This document shows, one piece after another, positions 1 to 9,858 of a DNA stretch of 64,000 nucleotides (position 1 is the stretch's first letter; each line of letters starts with the position of its first letter). Made by a program: the position numbers and the translations under genes. The notes under the pieces are model-generated. The model did no database searches, had not been told where the DNA came from, and was given only the letters and a program-made list of their open reading frames with translations. The stretch is from a bacterium (GTDB lineage: Bacteria; Zixibacteria; MSB-5A5; GN15; FEB-12): assembly GCA_043811375.1 (NCBI GenBank), contig JBDRNJ010000009.1, forward strand, positions 1 through 64,000, given 5' to 3'.

Positions 1-370
1 ACTGATTGTGACAAGAAAGACAAGCAAACCGGTGAAAGTTACGCGTGATCGACCAGCCATAATTCATCCCAAGATGTATAGTCCCTGATGTATTGCGTAG
101 GTGGCATGTTTTCCTGTAGCCGGAATATACTTTACCACCCCGGTATTGTTAATGAGATAATGTTGGTGCGACTGGTCTAATATAACTTTAGCGTTTAATA
201 CCCCTTGACAGAAACCGGATTGCTTGTTTTATTGTAGTAGTTGAGACACCTGTTGTCATCAGGTTCAAACCGAAAGAAAAAAAGAGAATACTCGCTTTTA
301 GGAATTCCGCCTGACCCCATAGCTATTGTTGATTGTAAACAACCTTCGTATTGGCAAGGAGATATCCAAT

Positions 371-1300
371 ATGCTGCGTCAAGGTTCGTTCAGCAGGCTG
401 TGGATGGGGTTACCGGCGGTTTTTGTTTTGGTGTGCCTGCCGGCACTCTGGGGAGCATCGCCGGAGCCACCGGAACTGGTGATGACCGTGCCCGACACCA
501 CGATACCGCGCGGACAAACCGGTGCTCTGCTTAACATCTACATGTCCAACTATTTCGACACCGTGGCCGGGTTCCAGTTCGTGCTGGTATCGGAACACCC
601 CGACCTGGTCAGTTTCAACTTCGACAACGATGGCTTCGACACATCCGGCACCCTGACCTCCGGCTTCGAGTACGCTCAGGCAATTGACCGCGCCGGTGAT
701 CAGAGCGAGGTCTGGTTTCGCTGTCTGGCCAACCTTCCCTTCGACACGGTGAACAACTGGGGTTTTTCGCCGCAGCAGGGAGGCGTGGCGGTGAAGATTC
801 CGATCAACACGGCGGCGGTGACCGATTCCATCTTGACCAGTCTGCTGACAGTGACCACACCGGTGGACTTTTCCAACCCCTGGGGGTACTCTATCGGAGT
901 AGTGACGGAAACCCTGTACGACACCAGTTTTTTCCTGTGCCTGCTGTGGGAAGACGACACCTGCACCGAATGGATAGAAGTCGATCCCGACACCTCCGAG
1001 TTTGACTCCCTGTACGTTGACATCACTCCCTACGGCTACCTGGACACTACCAGGGTGATTATCAATGAAGGCTCCATAACGGTCCAGGGATCCGGTCTGA
1101 CCTGCGATTATGACGATGATGGCACGATCACAGTGGGCGATCTGATGGCTCTGGTGGGATGTCTGTTCGGGATGCCGCCACCGCCGCCGGAGTTCTGCGA
1201 GGCCGGGCGGTGCGACGCCGATGGCAGCGGAGCGACTGACGTCGGGGACCTGACCTATCTGGTCACCTATCTGTTCCAGGGCGGGCCGCCGCCGCAATAG
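371..1300 (+). CDS. Secreted protein with N-terminal cohesin-like domain and C-terminal dockerin-like (paired EF-hand) domain
   Basis: AAGGAG RBS precedes the ATG at 371 (ORF track starts at 326). Signal-peptide-like N-terminus. Cohesin-like strands 'LVMTVPDTTIPRGQTGALLNIYMSN..VAGFQFVL'. C-terminal 'CDYDDDGTITVGDL...CDADGSGATDVGDLTYLVTYLFQGGPPPQ'. Confidence 0.75.
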   Translation: MLRQGSFSRLWMGLPAVFVLVCLPALWGASPEPPELVMTVPDTTIPRGQTGALLNIYMSNYFDTVAGFQFVLVSEHPDLVSFNFDNDGFDTSGTLTSGFEYAQAIDRAGDQSEVWFRCLANLPFDTVNNWGFSPQQGGVAVKIPINTAAVTDSILTSLLTVTTPVDFSNPWGYSIGVVTETLYDTSFFLCLLWEDDTCTEWIEVDPDTSEFDSLYVDITPYGYLDTTRVIINEGSITVQGSGLTCDYDDDGTITVGDLMALVGCLFGMPPPPPEFCEAGRCDADGSGATDVGDLTYLVTYLFQGGPPPQ

Positions 1301-1438
1301 CCGACGGTTATCATCGCGCTCTCAATGGGAACAGCACCGCAAAATCTTTGTTGTAAAAAACGAAATCGACCTTATCTTGTATTCAGAATCGCAAGATGGT
1401 CTACTATTGTCTGTTCACACGTTACTTGAGGTACCAAA

Positions 1439-3754
1439 GTGTATTCCCCTAAGACATCGATTGTTGCAATCATTTCATTGTTTTTAACTATAAGTCTGGC
1501 CGGAATCAGCATGGCCGCCGGTGTTTATCCCCTGAAGCGTCAGGCAGCCGTCAAGCCCGTCTATAACAGCTTGCCGGACTATCTTGACACTGACAGGATA
1601 GTGCTGAAATTGCAGGAAGGAATCGGGCGTCCGGATTTCAGCAACAGACAATTTCAGGCGATCGGTGATCAATGGGATCAGCTTAACGAAGTGTTGGCCG
1701 ATGAAAAGAAGTGCAATGATGCCGGACGGTATATCTCTGTTGATCTAAAGGAATTGGACCGGATGCGCACATCCGGCTCCTCTCGCAGCGGCACGGCACT
1801 GCCCGATCTGGGCCTTTATTACGAGATCGCGATTACCTCGGCGGCTTCTGTTTCCGATCGGCTGGTGCTGGTAGCTGATTTGAACGGTCTGGAGATAGTG
1901 GAAATCGCTTATTTTCCTGCAATTCCCCAATTGCCCCTGGCGCCGACACCCAACTGGGAAGCAGCTCAGAATTATCTACAGGCGGCTCCCAGCGGGATTG
2001 ACGCCTACTATGCCTGGACCGCCACCGGCGGCAAAGGTGACGGGATAAAAGTGATCGACATCGAGGGCAACTGGGTGGAGAGTCACGAAGACCTGCACGG
2101 CGGCACCGATCATTTTCACATTGCCGGTTCCAAAGTAATAGATCCCGGCTGGTGGGATCACGGAACGGCGGTACTGGGCGAGATAGCGGCCGACTCCAAC
2201 AGTTTCGGTATGACCGGAATCGCCTTCAACGTCGATCTGGGCACGGTTTCAATCGGCTCCATGTCGATTTCGAGCGCCATCACTACTGCCGCCGTCAATT
2301 GTGACACCGGCGATGTTATCCTGATCGAGTTACAGATTGGCGGCCCCAACGGCGGTGCCTATGTACCGGTCGAGTATGAACAGGCAGCATTTGACGCTAT
2401 CCTGACGGCCACTTCCAACGGGCGTATTATCGTTGAGGCCGGAGCCAACGGAGCCCAGAACCTCGACGACACCTACTGGTACGGTCACCTGTTTGACCCC
2501 AGCTTCCGGTTTTCCGGGGCAATCATGGTCGGCGCGTCTGACGGTAATCATTATCCCGCTTCCTTTACCGATTACGGCCAGCGCATGGATGCTCACGCCT
2601 ATGGGACCTGGAATGTATTCACGCTCGGCTACGGGGACCTGTACGGGACGGATACCACCAATGAATACACGGCATCATTTGCCGGGACTTCCAGCGCCTC
2701 ACCGATTATTACCGGTGCCTGCGCGGCCTTGCAGGGAATCAACAAAGCCACTCACGGCACAGTACTTGATCACAACGAGTTGCGAACATTGTTGCAGGAC
2801 TACTCCACACCTCAGGCTCCGTCATCGAAAAATATCGGACCGATGCCTGACATGGCCGGCTCCGTCGATCAGTTGCTGGGGGTATCCTTTTACGCTGATA
2901 CCACCTTTGGCTGGGTGCCGGTCGATGTCAATTTCACTGCTTCTTCCGGGTTGGTTGTGGACACCTGGACCTGGGTTTTTGGAGACGATGATTCAGCCTT
3001 CATCCAGAACCCTGCTCACACCTACGACGAACCCGGCATGTTTACTGTCGCCGTTGAGATCAATGCCGGGGGTGATATTCGCTCGGCGGAAAAGCCCAAC
3101 TATATCATCGCCCTGGCGGACTCACTGACCGCGCTTGATACGGTCGGATACCCGGATTCCTCGGTGGTGGTTACTATCAACGCTCGCAACACCGTCCCCA
3201 TGCGGCAATTCCGCATCCCGGTGGAATTCCCGGGCACGCTTGAGCTGACGTTTGATTCGTTCTCGACCCTGGGCTGCCGCACAGACTATTTCGAGACTCA
3301 AACGTTCACGCACTTCGACCCCGCCAACAAACGCCTGACGGTCAGACTGGAGAGTTCATCATCCGGCACTTCAACGGACCTGTCACCGGGTAACGGAGCG
3401 ATACTGAAACTGCACTTTGGTATCCCGGCTGCGCCCTCTGTCGGTGATACAGCCGCGGTGATGCTCGACGGTTACGACACATACACTCCGGATTTCAGTG
3501 GTTATGGGCTTGTGTACCAACCTTTTCTGACGGCTGCCACGGTCTCATTGTGCCAAATGCGGGGTGATCTTGACGGTGGCGGTATTACGGTCAGTGACAT
3601 AACCTATCTGGTAGGCTATCTCTTCCAGGGCGGACCGCCACCGGCGCCGCTGAAGATCGGCGATGTGGACTGTTCCGGCGGAATTGATGTAGCTGATCTG
3701 ACATACCTGGTTCAATATATTTTTGCAAGCGGTCCGCCACCTTGTAGTTGCTGA
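1439..3754 (+). CDS. Secreted S8 (subtilisin-family) serine peptidase with PKD, cohesin-like and dockerin-like domains
   Basis: Catalytic-triad motifs 'VIDIEG', 'HGTAVLG', 'GTSSASP'. PKD 'WTWVFGDD..QNPAHTYDEPGMFTV'. Cohesin-like segment 'DSSVVVTINARNTVPMRQFRIPVEF...GAILKLHFGI'. Duplicated dockerin 'GDLDGGGITVSDITYLVGYLFQGGPPP...GDVDCSGGIDVADLTYLV'. Confidence 0.85.
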   Translation: MYSPKTSIVAIISLFLTISLAGISMAAGVYPLKRQAAVKPVYNSLPDYLDTDRIVLKLQEGIGRPDFSNRQFQAIGDQWDQLNEVLADEKKCNDAGRYISVDLKELDRMRTSGSSRSGTALPDLGLYYEIAITSAASVSDRLVLVADLNGLEIVEIAYFPAIPQLPLAPTPNWEAAQNYLQAAPSGIDAYYAWTATGGKGDGIKVIDIEGNWVESHEDLHGGTDHFHIAGSKVIDPGWWDHGTAVLGEIAADSNSFGMTGIAFNVDLGTVSIGSMSISSAITTAAVNCDTGDVILIELQIGGPNGGAYVPVEYEQAAFDAILTATSNGRIIVEAGANGAQNLDDTYWYGHLFDPSFRFSGAIMVGASDGNHYPASFTDYGQRMDAHAYGTWNVFTLGYGDLYGTDTTNEYTASFAGTSSASPIITGACAALQGINKATHGTVLDHNELRTLLQDYSTPQAPSSKNIGPMPDMAGSVDQLLGVSFYADTTFGWVPVDVNFTASSGLVVDTWTWVFGDDDSAFIQNPAHTYDEPGMFTVAVEINAGGDIRSAEKPNYIIALADSLTALDTVGYPDSSVVVTINARNTVPMRQFRIPVEFPGTLELTFDSFSTLGCRTDYFETQTFTHFDPANKRLTVRLESSSSGTSTDLSPGNGAILKLHFGIPAAPSVGDTAAVMLDGYDTYTPDFSGYGLVYQPFLTAATVSLCQMRGDLDGGGITVSDITYLVGYLFQGGPPPAPLKIGDVDCSGGIDVADLTYLVQYIFASGPPPCSC

Positions 3755-3995
3755 TGGTCGTCCTTGTTGTGGCGCACCGGGCGGTAACTCGGAATATATA
3801 AATACCACCGACTCCCCATCACTGTGCCGGACACCGGGCTTATCCGCGCGTAAAAGCTCTTGTTCATGGCTTTTTGTTTCTTTATCATGCAGCCGAAAGC
3901 CGGTTAACTAAATAGCCCGGCCGAAAATGACCCATATATTTTGGACGGACAGACGGGTTGATCCGTCCTTAATGAAACTGAATTGGAGTGCTGGT

Positions 3996-6656
3996 ATGCT
4001 GAGAAGTATTTATCGGATTGGTTGTATCATGTTGATCCTGTCGCTTTTACTGTCTATCACGGCAATCGGGCGGGAGAAACTGGATGAAGGCAGTAAAGGA
4101 CCGGGGGGCTGGCTGGCCACAGCAGCACCCTTTCACTGCCTGGTTGCTCACAGGGTGGGCAACATAGTGCTGGCGGTGACCAATAGCGGTACTATAGGCA
4201 ACGGGTTTGCGGTTACCTCAGCCGACTGCTTCACCGATGGAGCCGTGCCCTCATGTGAGTTTCCCAAGGGATCCCGAACCAGTTACCTGTATGCGGGTGC
4301 TTTCTGGATCGGTGCTGTTGTGGGGCGAGACACCCTGGTATCGGTGGGAGCCGATGGCTGGCAGTATATACGCGAGATGTATCCCGACGAGGAAGATTTC
4401 GTCGTGAAACACAAAAGATCGATCATCGACCCGTCCAAACCGGAATATTACAACGCAGTTTCCGAAGAAGACTATGTTTTCGTGTACACTGACACCTTCG
4501 GTCCCAATTCTAATCCTCCTTTTCCGATAGGCAACGACTATTTCGGTCGGCAACACCGGCCGCTGAATATCGAAATCAACCAGAGTTCGTATGCCTGGTC
4601 GTACTCTTATGCCGAGGATTTTGTGTTGTTTGACTACCAGATTCGCAATATCGGTTACCGAACACTGGAGAATGTTTACATGGGTCTTTACGTGGATGCC
4701 GATGTCTGTCCCGGTGCTATCCCCTGCGATGGAGCCGGTTTCGCCGATGACATCTGCGGTTTCCTGGAGACATTACCGACCAAGTTTCGGGGATGCACAT
4801 ACGAAGACACCGTCAACATTGCCTGGATCGCCGATGCCGACGGTGATTTTGATGCCGTTACTACTGATGGTCGACCGTTGCCTCCGACACCCCATGTAAC
4901 GGCTATGCGGATTGTGCGCACGCCGGCCAAAGATCTGGACGTGTCCTTCAACTGGTGGGTCAGTAACGGCAATCCCACGCTGGACTTCGGTCCCCGCGAG
5001 AGACCGTTTAAGGGCCGCTGGAAAGAGCCTTACCGCGATTTCGCCACAGGTGGACTGGGTACTCCGGAAGGCGATATTAACAAGTACTATATGCTACGCA
5101 ACAAAGAGTTTGACTACGATCAGGTCTTTACGGCCTCGATCCTCAGCACCGATACGCTATGGTTGTACCCGAACCAGGACCTGGCCGGTGACATTTCCGA
5201 TGGCTTTGATACTCGCTACCTGCTGTCATTCGGACCGTTCGATATCGACCCCGGCCAGACTTTGCCCATTTCTTTTGCTTATGTGGCCGGAGAGAACCTG
5301 CACACATCATCGGTCAACTACGACCACCTGCCGGGTGACCCCGATGCTTACTACCGCGGCATGCGTTTTGACTCACTGGGCATGAACTCAATCTGGGCTT
5401 CCCGGATCTATGATAATCCGGGCATTGACACCGACGGCGACGACTACTACGGCGAGTTCCGAGTGTGTGTTCAGGATTCAGTTATCATCGATTCGATCTG
5501 TGACACAACCATCGTGGACCTGGATACACTCATTGAGTGCGTCTACGATATCGACACCACCCTGGCCGACACGCTCTGGTACAAGGGTGACGGAGTGCCG
5601 GATTTCCGGGGAGCCTCACCTCCGCCGGCGCCTTATTTCTGGCTGGAACCGGCAGTGGGTGAACTGCGGGTTCGTTTTAACGGCCAGCGCTCCGAGACAA
5701 CTCCCGACCGCTTCACGCAGTCGGCTGATTTCGAGGGGTATCGCATCTACCTCGGCCGGGATTCACGAGCCACCAGCTACAGTGTGGTGACATCGTATGA
5801 CCTGGAAGACTACAATAAGTACGTTTACGACATCGACCGGGATGACTGGGTGCTGTTAGACCTTCCGTTCAGTCGGGCACAGCTGACGGCATTGTATGGT
5901 CATGGTGATCCCGGCTTTAATCCGCTCATATTCTCGCCATCGTCACCCTTCTCGCATCCGCTGCATCCTGATTCCCAGTTCTACTTTGCATCCCAGGACT
6001 ATAACCAGTCACAACTGGGTCTGCCGGGTGGTATGCGCAAGGTCTATCCCGATCAGCCCTATCCTTCGCATCTGAACCCGGATTCCGCCCGACCCGAGGA
6101 GTTGACACCCGATGGCTACCTGAAGTATTTTGAGTACGATTACATAATCAAAGATTTATTGCCGACCGTATCCTACTGGGTAAACGTAACGGCCTTTGAT
6201 TTCGGCTCGCCGTCATCGGGACTGCCGTCGCTGGAAAGTTCCCGCACGGTGGGCGCCATGAGTGCCTATCCGCTGAGTTCTGTAACCGAGGTGGCAGAGA
6301 ATAATCTCAAGGTGTTCATTTATCCCAACCCTTATCGCGGTGATGCCGGGTACCGTCAACTTGGCTTGGAAGGACGCAATACGAATATCGAAGGTGAAAC
6401 GCCATCCGATGACCGGGTACGGGCGATTCATTTTGCCAATCTGCCGGCCCGGTGTACGATCCGAATCCACACCCTGGATGGCGACCTGGTGCGTGAGATA
6501 ATCCACAACATGGATCCGAGCGACCCGAATGCTTCGCATGATGTATGGGATCTGATCACGCGCAACACACAACTGGCGGTCTCCGGTCTCTATTACTGGT
6601 CGGTGGAAACAGAAAACGGCGAAACCCAGATCGGCAAACTGGTCCTGATAATGTGA
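3996..6656 (+). CDS. Secreted ~890 aa protein of unknown function, paralog 1, with FN3-like region and T9SS/FlgD-like C-terminal domain
   Basis: GGAG before ATG 3996 (ORF from 3927). Signal peptide. C-terminus 'VFIYPNPY...IHFANLPARCTIRIHTLDGDLVREI...WDL...SGLYYWSVE...GKLVLIM'. Collinear with the next three ORFs. Confidence 0.8.
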   Translation: MLRSIYRIGCIMLILSLLLSITAIGREKLDEGSKGPGGWLATAAPFHCLVAHRVGNIVLAVTNSGTIGNGFAVTSADCFTDGAVPSCEFPKGSRTSYLYAGAFWIGAVVGRDTLVSVGADGWQYIREMYPDEEDFVVKHKRSIIDPSKPEYYNAVSEEDYVFVYTDTFGPNSNPPFPIGNDYFGRQHRPLNIEINQSSYAWSYSYAEDFVLFDYQIRNIGYRTLENVYMGLYVDADVCPGAIPCDGAGFADDICGFLETLPTKFRGCTYEDTVNIAWIADADGDFDAVTTDGRPLPPTPHVTAMRIVRTPAKDLDVSFNWWVSNGNPTLDFGPRERPFKGRWKEPYRDFATGGLGTPEGDINKYYMLRNKEFDYDQVFTASILSTDTLWLYPNQDLAGDISDGFDTRYLLSFGPFDIDPGQTLPISFAYVAGENLHTSSVNYDHLPGDPDAYYRGMRFDSLGMNSIWASRIYDNPGIDTDGDDYYGEFRVCVQDSVIIDSICDTTIVDLDTLIECVYDIDTTLADTLWYKGDGVPDFRGASPPPAPYFWLEPAVGELRVRFNGQRSETTPDRFTQSADFEGYRIYLGRDSRATSYSVVTSYDLEDYNKYVYDIDRDDWVLLDLPFSRAQLTALYGHGDPGFNPLIFSPSSPFSHPLHPDSQFYFASQDYNQSQLGLPGGMRKVYPDQPYPSHLNPDSARPEELTPDGYLKYFEYDYIIKDLLPTVSYWVNVTAFDFGSPSSGLPSLESSRTVGAMSAYPLSSVTEVAENNLKVFIYPNPYRGDAGYRQLGLEGRNTNIEGETPSDDRVRAIHFANLPARCTIRIHTLDGDLVREIIHNMDPSDPNASHDVWDLITRNTQLAVSGLYYWSVETENGETQIGKLVLIM

Positions 6657-6676
6657 ACCGGGACAAATGCACACCG

Positions 6677-6727
6677 GAGTTCCGTCACCTGCTGCGGTTA
6701 TAGCGGTGACAACTCTGTTCCTTTTTT
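6677..6727 (+). terminator. Probable intrinsic terminator after paralog 1
   Basis: Stem GAGTT..GTCACC / GGTGAC AACTC followed by TGTTCCTTTTTT. Confidence 0.5.
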
Positions 6728-6808
6728 AAGTTGTGCTCCCATAGAGGGTTAGGCTGAGCCCGAAACTCCCCGCGCTTGATGATTGGTTTTTTTCAACGGG
6801 TAATCTTC

Positions 6809-6837
6809 TTGCGATTGCGACATGGTTTTGGTAGATT
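6809..6837 (+). promoter_or_regulatory. Putative sigma70 promoter of paralog 2
   Basis: TTGCGA-N17-TAGATT, matched by an equivalent element upstream of paralog 3. Confidence 0.5.
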
Positions 6838-6931
6838 CCGGCAAGGTCGAACGTCGCAGTTCTGAAATGTCATTAAACTATCAGACTGTGACAAGCGTCG
6901 ATATACAAACTTATGGCAGAGTGTGAGGATT

Positions 6932-9598
6932 ATGATTAGGAGAGCTTTAGCAACAGCAGTTGTTAGCCTGACGGTATTTCTGTCGATGGTATCCCCGATC
7001 CGGGGACGCGCCAAACTGGACGAGGGTTCCAGAGACTTCGGAACCAGATTCGCTAGTAGTCTGCCTTACCACTGTATTGCCGCCCACCGCGTAGGCAAAA
7101 TCGTGTTGTCGGTGAACAACAACGGTACCTTCGGGGACGGCTTTGCACAGGCTACACTGGACTGTTTCACCGAAGAGTCAGTGCCTTCATGTGAGTACCC
7201 CAAAGGTTCGAGGTCCACTTACCTCTTTGCGGGTGCTTTCTGGGTGGGTGCCGTCGTGGGTCGCGATACCCTCGTATCGGTGGGAGCCGATGGGTGGCAG
7301 TATTCACGCGAGATGTTTCCTGATGAGCAGGAATACGCGGTAATCATCAAGAGATCAATCATTGACCCCTCCCGACCCGAGTATCAGGACGCGATATCCG
7401 AAGAAGACTACATCTTTGTATACACTGACACCTTCGGTCCCAATTCTAATCCGCCTTATCCGGTGGACAACGACTATTTCGGTCGGCAGCACCGACCGCT
7501 GAATGTCGAGTTAACTCAGCGCTCGTTCGCCTGGTCATACTCCTATGCCGAGGACTTCGTTTTGTTCGACTACCAGATTCGCAATATCGGTTTTCGAACC
7601 CTGGAGAACGTCTACATGGGTCTTTACGTCGATGCTGATGCCTACCCCTCCGGTGGTTCCGGCGCCACCGGATTCACCGACGACATCTGCGGTTTCCTGG
7701 AAACGATCCCCACGGAGTTTCGCGGCTGTATTTACGAAGATACGGTTAACATTGCCTGGATTGCCGATAACGATGGTGACATGGATGCTGTCGGTGAGGA
7801 TGGGCGTCCGCTGCCTCCGGCTCCCCATGTAACGGCTATGCGCATCGTGCGCACACCGGCCAAAGATTTGGATGTCTCGTTTAATTGGTGGGTCAGTAAC
7901 GGCACTACGCCGCTGGATTTTGGCCCTCGTGAGAGACCGTTCAAAGGACGTTGGAAGGAACCCTATCGCGATATCGGTACCGGCGGTCTGGGAACGCCCG
8001 AGGGCGATGTCAACAAGTACTATTTCCTGCGCAACAAGGAGTTCGACTACGACCAGGTTTATACGGCCTCTATTCTTAATTCCGACACACTGTGGCTTTA
8101 CCCCAATCAGGAGCTGGCCGGCGACATTGCCGACGGCTTTGATACCCGCTACCTGCTGTCGTTCGGACCGTTCGATATCGACCCCGGTCAGACGCTGCCA
8201 ATCTCGTTTGCCTACGTGGCCGGGGAAAACCTGCACAATTCCATTGCCAACATCGATTATTTGCCGCATGACCCCGATGCCTTCTACAGTGGTCTGCAAT
8301 TTGACTCTCTGGGTCTCAACTCCATCTGGGCGTCAAAGATTTATGACAATCCGGGCGTTGATACCGACGGCGACGATTACTATGGTGAGTTTCGGGTCTG
8401 TGTCCAGGAATCGATAATCCTCGACTCCATCTGCGATACTACCATATCGGATGACCTGATTGACACTTTAATCGTCTGCCACGCCACCCTGGTGGATACG
8501 ATTCTTGCCGATACGCTCTGGTACAAGGGTGACGGAGTGCCTGATTTTCGTGGTGCCTCGCCGCCGCCGGCGCCTTATTTCTGGCTGGAACCGACAGTGG
8601 GTGAACTGCGGGTTCGTTTTAACGGCCAGCGCTCCGAGACAACTCCCGACCGCTTTACCCTAACGGCGGATTTTGAGGGGTATCGAATCTACCTCGGCCG
8701 GGATTCTCGTGCCGCCAGCTACAGCGTCATAACCTCCTACGATCTGGAGGACTACAACAAGTACGTTTACGACCTGGACCGGGATGACTGGGTGCTGATG
8801 GACCTCCCCTTCAGCCGTGAGCAGTTGATAGCATTGTATGGCCAAGGTGATCCCGGCTTCGATCCGCTCATATTTTCGCCATCGTCACCCTTCACGCATC
8901 CGCTGCATCCTGATTCCCAGTTCTACTTTGCATCCCAGGACTATAACCAGTCACAACTGGGCCTGCCGGGTGGTATGCGCAAGGTCTATCCCGATCAACC
9001 CTATCCCTCTCACCTGGATGCCGACTCGGCCCGTCCCGAGGAGTTGACACCCGATGGCTACCTGAAGTATTTTGAGTACGATTACGTTATTAAAGACTTA
9101 TTGCCGACCGTATCCTACTGGGTAAATGTAACGGCCTTTGATTTCGGCTCGCCGTCGTCGGGACTGCCGTCGCTGGAGAGTTCCCGCACGGTGGGGGCTA
9201 AAAGTACTTATCCGTTGAGCTCGGTGGATGAGGTGGCCCAGAGGAATCTGAAAGTATTCATTTATCCCAATCCCTACCGCATTGATGCCGCTTATCGGTC
9301 CCTGGGACTTGAGGGCCGTGAGTCCGAGATCGCCGGCGATATAGCGCCGGACAATCGTGTGCGGACAATTCACTTTGCCAACCTTCCGGCCCGGTGTACG
9401 ATCCGAATTCACACTCTGGATGGCGACCTGGTACGCGAGATAATCCACCATAAGGATCCGAGCGACCCGAATGCATCGCATGATGTATGGGATTTGATTA
9501 CCCGCAACACGCAATTGGTGGTTTCCGGTCTCTACTATTGGTCGGTGGAGATGGAGGACGGCGAGACCCAGATCGGCAAGTTAGTCATCATCATGTAG
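6932..9598 (+). CDS. Secreted protein paralog 2 with T9SS/FlgD-like C-terminal domain
   Basis: GAGG before ATG 6932 (ORF from GTG 6923). Full-length similarity to paralog 1. Ends 'GKLVIIM'. Confidence 0.8.
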   Translation: MIRRALATAVVSLTVFLSMVSPIRGRAKLDEGSRDFGTRFASSLPYHCIAAHRVGKIVLSVNNNGTFGDGFAQATLDCFTEESVPSCEYPKGSRSTYLFAGAFWVGAVVGRDTLVSVGADGWQYSREMFPDEQEYAVIIKRSIIDPSRPEYQDAISEEDYIFVYTDTFGPNSNPPYPVDNDYFGRQHRPLNVELTQRSFAWSYSYAEDFVLFDYQIRNIGFRTLENVYMGLYVDADAYPSGGSGATGFTDDICGFLETIPTEFRGCIYEDTVNIAWIADNDGDMDAVGEDGRPLPPAPHVTAMRIVRTPAKDLDVSFNWWVSNGTTPLDFGPRERPFKGRWKEPYRDIGTGGLGTPEGDVNKYYFLRNKEFDYDQVYTASILNSDTLWLYPNQELAGDIADGFDTRYLLSFGPFDIDPGQTLPISFAYVAGENLHNSIANIDYLPHDPDAFYSGLQFDSLGLNSIWASKIYDNPGVDTDGDDYYGEFRVCVQESIILDSICDTTISDDLIDTLIVCHATLVDTILADTLWYKGDGVPDFRGASPPPAPYFWLEPTVGELRVRFNGQRSETTPDRFTLTADFEGYRIYLGRDSRAASYSVITSYDLEDYNKYVYDLDRDDWVLMDLPFSREQLIALYGQGDPGFDPLIFSPSSPFTHPLHPDSQFYFASQDYNQSQLGLPGGMRKVYPDQPYPSHLDADSARPEELTPDGYLKYFEYDYVIKDLLPTVSYWVNVTAFDFGSPSSGLPSLESSRTVGAKSTYPLSSVDEVAQRNLKVFIYPNPYRIDAAYRSLGLEGRESEIAGDIAPDNRVRTIHFANLPARCTIRIHTLDGDLVREIIHHKDPSDPNASHDVWDLITRNTQLVVSGLYYWSVEMEDGETQIGKLVIIM

Positions 9599-9731
9599 CA
9601 GTGCCACGGTGTCTCAGACCTGGAAAAATTCCCGCCCGACCGGCGCACACTCATAACTTGCACCGTACCAGCGCCTTACTGGTCAGGATTGAGCGCGGCT
9701 GTTACGCTGCCCGTTAAACAGGCAATAATCC

Positions 9732-9760
9732 TTGCTAAAAACAGAGAGATTTTGTAGTTT
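9732..9760 (+). promoter_or_regulatory. Putative sigma70 promoter of paralog 3
   Basis: TTGCTA-N17-TAGTTT. The downstream leader shares CATTAAACT and GGCAGAGTGTGAGGATTATG with the paralog 2 leader. Confidence 0.5.
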
Positions 9761-9858
9761 CTTGCCTGGTGTGATAGAAGCATCGTATTCTGTTTATCAT
9801 TAAACTGATGGGTCACGGTGTGCGTCAGTAGAAAAACCTTAGGCAGAGTGTGAGGATT

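Noticed and set aside
1..48. Possible 3' end of an upstream CDS (TDCDKKDKQTGESYA*)
   Set aside because: Too short to support any call.
410..1297. Long antisense ORFs (also 7535-8299, 12441-13298, 23519-24157, 24967-25587, 29896-30720, 39480-40160, 41139-41771)
   Set aside because: They shadow well-supported genes on the other strand, which is expected with GC-rich codon bias, and show no motifs.
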